A stretch of DNA of 64,000 nucleotides from Hyphomicrobiales bacterium (GTDB lineage Bacteria > Pseudomonadota > Alphaproteobacteria > Rhizobiales > JACESI01). The stretch is taken from positions 242,966 through 306,965 of the forward strand of contig JACESI010000001.1 in NCBI GenBank assembly GCA_013911885.1. The letters run 5' to 3'. The position numbers were made by a program, and so were the translations under genes. Shown here one piece after another: positions 58,166-64,000 of the stretch (position 1 is the first letter of the stretch; every line of letters starts with the position of its first letter). The notes below the pieces were generated by a model. The model worked only from the letters and a program-made list of their open reading frames with translations. It did not search any database and was not told the DNA's origin.

Positions 58166-58660
58166 ATGGGATGGAAACGCAGAAGTTCTGAGGAGGGACA
58201 CCGCCGCAAGTTTCTCGTCGTCATCGACAGCACGCCAGAATGTGGTCGCGCGGTTGCCTATGCCGCAAAGCGGGCCGAGCGCACCAACGGTGCGCTGGTC
58301 ATGCTTTATGTGATCAAGCCGACGGAATTTCAGCACTGGCTGGGGGTTGAAAACATCATGCGCGCCGAGGCGCAGGAGGAGGCACAAACGGTTCTCGCGC
58401 GCTATCAGGAAATAGCACGCCAGCGCGCCAGAATCGACCCGGAACAGGTCGTGATCGAAGGTCTGCCGCATGAGGCGATCATGCAACTCATCGAACAGGA
58501 CGAGGATATCGCGATTCTGGTCCTTGCCGCCGGGATCGATTCCGAAGGGCCGGGACCACTCATCACCGGCTTCACCCGCCACATGAGCACACATTTTCCA
58601 ATCCCCATGACCATCGTGCCCGGCGATCTTTCCGACGAGGAAATCGAGGCGTTGTCCTGA
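58166..58660 (+). CDS. Universal stress protein family protein
   Basis: 164 aa with an USP-like alpha/beta pattern: FLVVIDSTPECGRAVAYA ... ILVLAAG ... PMTIVPG. Confidence 0.75.
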   Translation: MGWKRRSSEEGHRRKFLVVIDSTPECGRAVAYAAKRAERTNGALVMLYVIKPTEFQHWLGVENIMRAEAQEEAQTVLARYQEIARQRARIDPEQVVIEGLPHEAIMQLIEQDEDIAILVLAAGIDSEGPGPLITGFTRHMSTHFPIPMTIVPGDLSDEEIEALS

Positions 58661-58715
58661 TGCGCAATCAGCGCCGCAGCTGGCCTGACCGAGGCAATGT
58701 GTCGGAGCGATCACC

Positions 58716-59735
58716 ATGGCGGTTCTGATCACCGGCGGCGCCGGCTATATCGGATCGCATGCCGCGCTTCTGTTTCTCGAGGCAGGGCATGATGTTGTGG
58801 TTGTCGACAATTTTGCAAACAGCAGCCCCGTTGCGCTGGAGCGAGTGGCGGGCCTTGCGGGCCGGGCCGCACATTTTCATCGGGCGGATATCCGTGACCG
58901 CGCCGCCCTCACCACTGTTCTCAACATGTATGATTGCGACAGCGTGGTGCATTTTGCCGGTCTCAAGGCGGTTGGCGAATCGACCGAGAAACCGCTTGCC
59001 TATTATGACAATAATGTCGGCGGAACCCTGCGGCTTCTCGAGGCTATGCAGGATTGCGGCGTGTATCGGCTGATCTTTTCCTCCTCAGCGACCGTTTATG
59101 GCGAGCCGAAATTCCTGCCGCTGACCGAGGATCACCCACTTGGCGCCGTCAATCCCTATGGCCGAACGAAGCAGATGATCGAGGATGTTCTGCGCGATCT
59201 CGCGGCAAGTGATCCACGCTGGTCGATCCGGCTCCTGCGCTATTTCAATCCGGTCGGTGCTCACGAAAGCGGGCTCATCGGCGAAAATCCGCTTGGTATT
59301 CCGAACAATCTGATGCCCTTCGTCGCGGATGTGGCGACCGGAAAACGCGAGCGGCTTTCCGTCTTCGGCGATGATTACGACACGCCCGACGGTACGGGCG
59401 TGCGCGATTATATCCATGTCATGGACCTCGCCAGCGGCCATCTCGCGGCCCACGCGACCCTGAACAAGGCTGGGTGCAGTGCGATCAATCTCGGCACCGG
59501 GCGGGGCTACAGCGTGCTCGATATGGTGAAAGCCTTTGAGCGGGTATCAAACCAGAAAATCCCGTATCAAATTGCCCCGCGCCGGGCGGGCGATGTCGCA
59601 AGCTGCTTTGCGGATACCGGCCTTGCAGCGCGCGAACTCGGCTGGACGGCCGGGCGCGGCATCGAGGACATGTGCGCCGATACATGGAACTGGATTCGCA
59701 AGAACCCCAACGGCTATGAAACGGACAGCAAATGA
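58716..59735 (+). CDS. galE: UDP-glucose 4-epimerase
   Basis: 339 aa starting MAVLITGGAGYIGSH, with SSSATVYG and YGRTK (YxxxK) blocks, in the extended SDR family. Confidence 0.93.
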   Translation: MAVLITGGAGYIGSHAALLFLEAGHDVVVVDNFANSSPVALERVAGLAGRAAHFHRADIRDRAALTTVLNMYDCDSVVHFAGLKAVGESTEKPLAYYDNNVGGTLRLLEAMQDCGVYRLIFSSSATVYGEPKFLPLTEDHPLGAVNPYGRTKQMIEDVLRDLAASDPRWSIRLLRYFNPVGAHESGLIGENPLGIPNNLMPFVADVATGKRERLSVFGDDYDTPDGTGVRDYIHVMDLASGHLAAHATLNKAGCSAINLGTGRGYSVLDMVKAFERVSNQKIPYQIAPRRAGDVASCFADTGLAARELGWTAGRGIEDMCADTWNWIRKNPNGYETDSK

Positions 59736-60712
59736 GCATCCTCGTTACGGGCGCAGCCGGGTTTATCGGCATGCACGTCGCCCGCGCGCTGCTTGCCCGC
59801 GGCGAAACGGTGATCGGGATCGACAATCTCAACGATTATTATGATCCGGCGCTGAAGGATGCCCGACTTGCGACCCTTGCCAGCGAGCCGCGTTTCAGTT
59901 TTCACCGGATGGATGTCGAAGACCGCGACGCGGTGCGCGCCCTTTTTCTCGATAATCCGATGCTGGACCAGGTTGTGCATCTCGCGGCGCAGGCGGGGGT
60001 GCGCCATTCCCTCGAAGACCCTTATGCCTATATCCGGTCGAATGTACTCGGACAGCTTGTGATTCTCGAGGCATGCCGGGCGCAGGCAGGCCTGAGACAT
60101 CTCGTTTATGCGAGTTCATCCTCGGTTTATGGGGGCAATGAAAGTCAGCCATTTTCCATCGACGACCGGGTGGATGAGCCGGTCTCGCTTTATGCAGCGA
60201 CCAAGCGGGCAGATGAACTGATGGCGTCCTGCTACGCCCATCTCTTCGATATTCCTGCAACGGGTTTGCGCTTCTTCACCGTCTATGGCCCCTGGGGGAG
60301 ACCCGACATGTCGCCCTGGCTTTTTACAGATGCCATCTTCAACGACCGCCCGATCAAGGTTTTCAATCAGGGCAGAATGCGCCGTGATTTCACCTATATC
60401 GATGATATCGTAGACGGTACGATCCGCGCTCTTGACCGGCCACCCATCCGCGCGAACGGCAGGCGGGCGCATCGCCTGTTCAATCTTGGTAACAATGAGA
60501 GTGAGGAATTGATGCATTTCATCGGCCTCATCGAAAAGGCCTGCGGCAAAACGACTAAAAAAATCATGCTGGGCATGCAGCCTGGCGATGTCGAGGCAAC
60601 CTATGCCGATATTACCGCGAGCACGGAACTGCTCGGCTACCGGCCGACCACCCGCTTAGACGCGGGTATCGTGAAATTCGTCGACTGGTTCCGCGCCTAT
60701 AAGGGGCATTAG
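59732..60712 (+). CDS. NAD-dependent epimerase, UDP-glucuronate 4-epimerase-like (LpsL/Cap1J type)
   Basis: 326 aa starting MSILVTGAAGFIGMH, with IDNLNDYYDPALK, ASSSSVYG, YAATK and FFTVYGPWGRPDM blocks. It overlaps the galE stop (ATGA). Confidence 0.85.
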   Translation: MSILVTGAAGFIGMHVARALLARGETVIGIDNLNDYYDPALKDARLATLASEPRFSFHRMDVEDRDAVRALFLDNPMLDQVVHLAAQAGVRHSLEDPYAYIRSNVLGQLVILEACRAQAGLRHLVYASSSSVYGGNESQPFSIDDRVDEPVSLYAATKRADELMASCYAHLFDIPATGLRFFTVYGPWGRPDMSPWLFTDAIFNDRPIKVFNQGRMRRDFTYIDDIVDGTIRALDRPPIRANGRRAHRLFNLGNNESEELMHFIGLIEKACGKTTKKIMLGMQPGDVEATYADITASTELLGYRPTTRLDAGIVKFVDWFRAYKGH

Positions 60713-61476
60713 ATCCTTCGCGTGAGGGTTTTCATCCAGTCGAGGCTGGCCTCTGTCGTGGTCAACGGACGGTATTCCGCGCCAAGCGGCCGGTCATAAC
60801 CGAGATCATCCAGCATCTTGAAAATATAGGAAAAGTCGAGTTCGCCCTGATCCGGTGCGCCGCGCGTTGGGACGCTCGCAAACTGGATATGGCCGATGAT
60901 CGGCAAGAGCCGCTGAACCAGCCGCGTGAGATCACCCTCCATGATCTGGAGATGATAGAAATCGAACATCATTTTGAGGTTTGGCGCACCAATTTTAGCG
61001 ATGATCTCTGCCGCATCCGCTGTGCGATGCATGAAATAACCGGGTACATCGACGGAGTTGATCGGCTCGATCAGGATCGTGATTCCGTGCGGGGCTGCTT
61101 TCTCGGTCGCATAGATGAGATTCTGAACGAAGGTCTGCCGTGCTGCCTCGCCGCTCGCAATCCCCGACATGGCGTGAATGCCATGTGCACCGATGCTGGC
61201 GGCATAGGCAATTGCCTGATCGATCGCCGCCCGCGCCTCCGCCTCGCGGCCGGATAGAGCGAGAAGACCGAATTCGCCCGGCTTGCCTTTGACCGTGTTG
61301 ATGCCGAGCATGGGAAGGCCTGTTTTTTCAAGGACTTCGCGAACGTCCTCGGGCGCCGTGTCATAGGGCCAGTGGCACTCAACCGCGTCGAAACCCGCCT
61401 CTGCCGCCCGCCGGATCGCGTCAACCAGCGGCAGCTCTGTCCATAGAAAGCCCAGATTGGCGGAAAATTTTGCCAT
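60709..61476 (-). CDS. hyi: Hydroxypyruvate isomerase family protein (TIM-barrel, Hyi/OtnI-like)
   Basis: 255 aa starting MAKFSANLGFLWTELPLVDAIRRAAEAGFDAVECHWPY, with ILIEPIN and GHIQFA blocks. I trimmed the start to the ATG at 61476. Confidence 0.8.
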   Translation of the reverse strand: MAKFSANLGFLWTELPLVDAIRRAAEAGFDAVECHWPYDTAPEDVREVLEKTGLPMLGINTVKGKPGEFGLLALSGREAEARAAIDQAIAYAASIGAHGIHAMSGIASGEAARQTFVQNLIYATEKAAPHGITILIEPINSVDVPGYFMHRTADAAEIIAKIGAPNLKMMFDFYHLQIMEGDLTRLVQRLLPIIGHIQFASVPTRGAPDQGELDFSYIFKMLDDLGYDRPLGAEYRPLTTTEASLDWMKTLTRRI

Positions 61477-61849
61477 GAAAGTCGTCGCCCAATTGCCTGC
61501 CCGATTGCCAGCTTCCAGAATTCTGTGATGGCCGGGCTCATCATGGCAAGATTGCTGGCAAGCGCAAGCCATGATCCCGACGGATCGCCCCTGTAGCCGT
61601 CTATAGCCGGTCTGTCTCTGCGCCTGCGACAGGGGCGCGCGGTCACAGGCGGTTGATGGGGGAACTGATGGTTCAGACGTTTGATTCCAATAAGAAAACA
61701 TAAACGAGAATACATATTTCTTAACGAAAGATGAACAGAATGGTTTGTTTTCAAAAGCGCAATCAGTCTCAACAATACTGCCATTAAATGATCACAATTG
61801 TCCTGTTAACGCTGCCATTAACCGACAACGTCTATGGATAAACAACGAG

Positions 61850-62218
61850 ATGAAAATTTTATATTGTGCTATAGTGGCGCTTGGAATTGCGCTGTCAACG
61901 CAATCAGTTTTAGCCTTTGCCGACCAGGGGAAAGCTTCTTTCTACTGGCAAGATCAGAAGACCGCCAATGGTGAACGCTTCAACAAAAATGATCTCACCG
62001 CCGCCCATCGCTCGCTGCCCTTTGGAACTCTCGTTCGGGTGACGCGGGTTAAGACCGGAAAGTCGGTTGTCGTACGCATCAATGATCGTGGGCCTTTTAT
62101 TCGCGGGCGCATCATCGATCTCTCGCAGAAGGCTGCGCAATCCATCGGCCTCACACACAAGGTCGGCGTGACCGAGGTTAAGCTCGATGTCATTTCCAAA
62201 CCAAAGGAAAAGATTTAA
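61850..62218 (+). CDS. rlpA: Septal ring lytic transglycosylase RlpA-family protein (DPBB domain only)
   Basis: 122 aa with a signal peptide, then [18 protein letters not shown]...[15 protein letters not shown]...[12 protein letters not shown] trimmed the start to the ATG at 61850. Confidence 0.85.
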   Translation: MKILYCAIVALGIALSTQSVLAFADQGKASFYWQDQKTANGERFNKNDLTAAHRSLPFGTLVRVTRVKTGKSVVVRINDRGPFIRGRIIDLSQKAAQSIGLTHKVGVTEVKLDVISKPKEKI

Positions 62219-62337
62219 TCTACGCCACTCAACAACCGCGCCGCAGTTTGCGCGGATCCGGCCGATCATAAGCGCGATGGACATGTGCCTGCATGCGCAG
62301 GCCGTCTTGATGGCGTGGGCTTCCCTGGAAAGCGCTC

Positions 62338-63024
62338 TCAGCGCGGCTGCTGTTCGACCGAGAAGGTGAGGCCGGTGGGCGTTTGACTGGCGCCGTTGAC
62401 GGCGGTCATGTCCTGCGGGCAGGCCGACATCACGGCAATGCATGCCTCGAGCGCGCGCAGAACAATGCGGTCGCCCGCGCGGGAGACAGGCGCCGCCCAT
62501 TCATAGCTACCGCCCGGCGTGACGGCGATATTCATCCATATGTTGAATGGACACGGCACATGCGGAGCGCTCACGCCGATGGCCAGAAGGGCATTCTGGA
62601 AATTATCGGCGCAATTGTCGTGATAGCCCTCCGCGCCAAGCTGGCGGTAGCGCGGCAGGTCGCAGGCCGCGATCAGCGTGTCATGGACACCGGGTGAGGT
62701 GTCCTCGACGATCTTTAAGACTGGCTGTCGCCGGTTGGTCACGAGGCTGTCGCCCGCGCGCACATAAATCCGCCCCAAGGCTGTGCGGCAATGCTCCATC
62801 GAGAGGAACGCGCCGGGATTGCCCTCGGTGAGCGCGAAGAAGTCGCAGACCTGTGTCCCGCTGTCGTTGATAATCGTGAGCTGGTCGCCGGGCCGCAGGC
62901 GAACCGCACGTCCCTGACGCGCCGGGAGCTGATAGCGCTTTCCGCTTTCCGCATAGCCATCGGCTGAGATCGGCGCACTGGCGGTTCCATTATCGCCATC
63001 GGGACGAAGGAGAGCGAGGTGCAT
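62338..63024 (-). CDS. DUF1989 / urea carboxylase-associated family protein
   Basis: 228 aa with YQLPARQGRAVRLRPGDQLTIINDSGTQVCDF and FNIWMN blocks typical of the family. Confidence 0.75.
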   Translation of the reverse strand: MHLALLRPDGDNGTASAPISADGYAESGKRYQLPARQGRAVRLRPGDQLTIINDSGTQVCDFFALTEGNPGAFLSMEHCRTALGRIYVRAGDSLVTNRRQPVLKIVEDTSPGVHDTLIAACDLPRYRQLGAEGYHDNCADNFQNALLAIGVSAPHVPCPFNIWMNIAVTPGGSYEWAAPVSRAGDRIVLRALEACIAVMSACPQDMTAVNGASQTPTGLTFSVEQQPR

Positions 63025-63419
63025 GAATGCGGTCCTTTCTGATCAAAGCCACCGGTAATCAAGGCGATAGTCCAGGATGAATGGGGAAAATCATTGCTTG
63101 ACTTTCGACAGCCAAGCGACGATAGCTCCCCTATCTGCATTGCTGCCGCGTGAGCAGCCCGTTCTCCCAAGAATATAGATCACCGCTTGGCGATGGTCAT
63201 CCTCTCCAGAGACAGATGCGCCAGTACTCTCTCTTCAGCGAGCGTACTTTCCAACAACTTTCCCATTTCACGCGGGGTTCTAGCGGTTCCATTCGTCTGT
63301 GACGAGATCGGAACCCGTCCGCATTCGGTTGTCGTCCCTGTTCTCCCACAGGTGACGAACCGACAATTTTTTCCTGCGACGAGGCTTGTGAAGCGCCGTC
63401 GCCATTGAAAGGCATTCCC

Positions 63420-64000
63420 TTGTCAGAATTTGAAGTCCTCGGACTTTCCCCACTCATCCTCAAATCCGTCGCAAGTCTCGGCTTTGATGTCCCGACCCCG
63501 ATTCAGAAACAGGCGATCCCGCTGGTTCTCGAAGGCCGTGATATCATGGGCCTTGCCCAGACCGGCACTGGCAAAACCGCCGCTTTCGGCCTGCCGCTGG
63601 TGCATCATCTCTTGACCGGCAAAGGCAAGCCATCGCTCAAGGCCGCAAAATCGCTGATCCTTGCGCCGACCCGCGAGCTTGCAAACCAGATCGCGGACAA
63701 CATGCGTTCTTATGTCAAGAACACGAGCCTGCGGGTGAACGTGGTTGTTGGCGGTGCATCACTGCACATTCAGCGCCGCAAACTCGAAGCAGGCACGGAC
63801 ATCCTGATCGCGACACCGGGCCGTCTTATCGACCTCATCGATCGTGGCGCCGTCCGGCTGGATGAAACCCGCTATCTCGTTCTTGACGAGGCGGATCAGA
63901 TGCTCGATCTCGGCTTCATCAACGCGCTGCGCCGGATTGCGAAACTCCTCGCCAAACCGCGCCAGACCATGCTTTTCTCGGCGACCATGCCAAAACAGAT
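63420..64000 (+). CDS. DEAD-box ATP-dependent RNA helicase (RhlE-like); 3' end cut by the window edge
   Basis: This ORF is absent from the ORF track because it has no stop within the window. My translation gives FEVLGLSPLILKSVASLGFDVPTPIQKQAIP (Q motif), AQTGTGKT (motif I), PTRELA, DEAD and SAT. No in-frame ATG is available. I propose the TTG at 63420, which is preceded by GAAAGG. The TTG at 63405 is an alternative start. Confidence 0.85.
   Translation, partial: MSEFEVLGLSPLILKSVASLGFDVPTPIQKQAIPLVLEGRDIMGLAQTGTGKTAAFGLPLVHHLLTGKGKPSLKAAKSLILAPTRELANQIADNMRSYVKNTSLRVNVVVGGASLHIQRRKLEAGTDILIATPGRLIDLIDRGAVRLDETRYLVLDEADQMLDLGFINALRRIAKLLAKPRQTMLFSATMPKQ

Noticed and set aside
63187-63408. There is a 73-aa ORF on the + strand, and an 88-aa ORF on the - strand (63197..63463), in the helicase leader.
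   Set aside because: They have no RBS, atypical composition and no recognisable motif. The region is more likely a 5' UTR.
1-64000. I searched for mobile elements, integrases, CRISPR repeats, toxin-antitoxin pairs, restriction-modification or other defence genes, and for a large uncharacterised gene cluster.
   Set aside because: I found none. Essentially every gene of at least 100 aa is assignable to a housekeeping or common metabolic family. Only two ORFs (12324..12740 and 26091..26558) are true unknowns, and they are isolated single genes.

Overview
This window is a GC-rich (by eye roughly 60%) core-chromosome segment of an alphaproteobacterium. The gene order is typical of Hyphomicrobiales/Rhizobiales: ybeY-corC-lnt-XRE-metK-trmB; rimP-nusA-ylxR-infB-rbfA-truB-rpsO-pnp; pheST; hrcA/rph-rdgB-hemW; rsmI-yraN-gshB-comM; mutS-glnD-murJ-trpS. 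I support about 54 protein-coding genes, almost all recognisable housekeeping functions, and most sit on the + strand. I trimmed many ORF-track calls to internal starts where the conserved N-terminus, an RBS or an ATGA/TAATG stop-start overlap made the shorter start clearly better. I found no rRNA or tRNA genes, CRISPR arrays, IS elements or transposases, integrases, prophage genes or recognisable defence genes. I therefore see no convincing evidence for a large novel multi-gene system here. The items most worth follow-up are listed below. (1) A TAXI-TRAP transporter is translationally coupled to DUF1850 and L-2-hydroxyglutarate oxidase. (2) An mtnK-mtnA plus class II aldolase cluster looks like a DHAP-shunt salvage module. 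(3) There are two alphaproteobacterial LexA-type boxes (GTTC-N7-GTTC): one in front of comM, a known SOS gene, and one in front of an orphan 155-aa gene. (4) The rimP-nusA-infB leader is unusual, with a promoter-like element, a strong intrinsic terminator and four tandem Shine-Dalgarno-like repeats. (5) An extra small membrane-protein gene is wedged between infB and rbfA. (6) Three helically phased CGTGTTC direct repeats lie between mtnK and a cytochrome c gene. All functional calls come from reading the translated sequence and from motif and synteny knowledge. No database search was possible.
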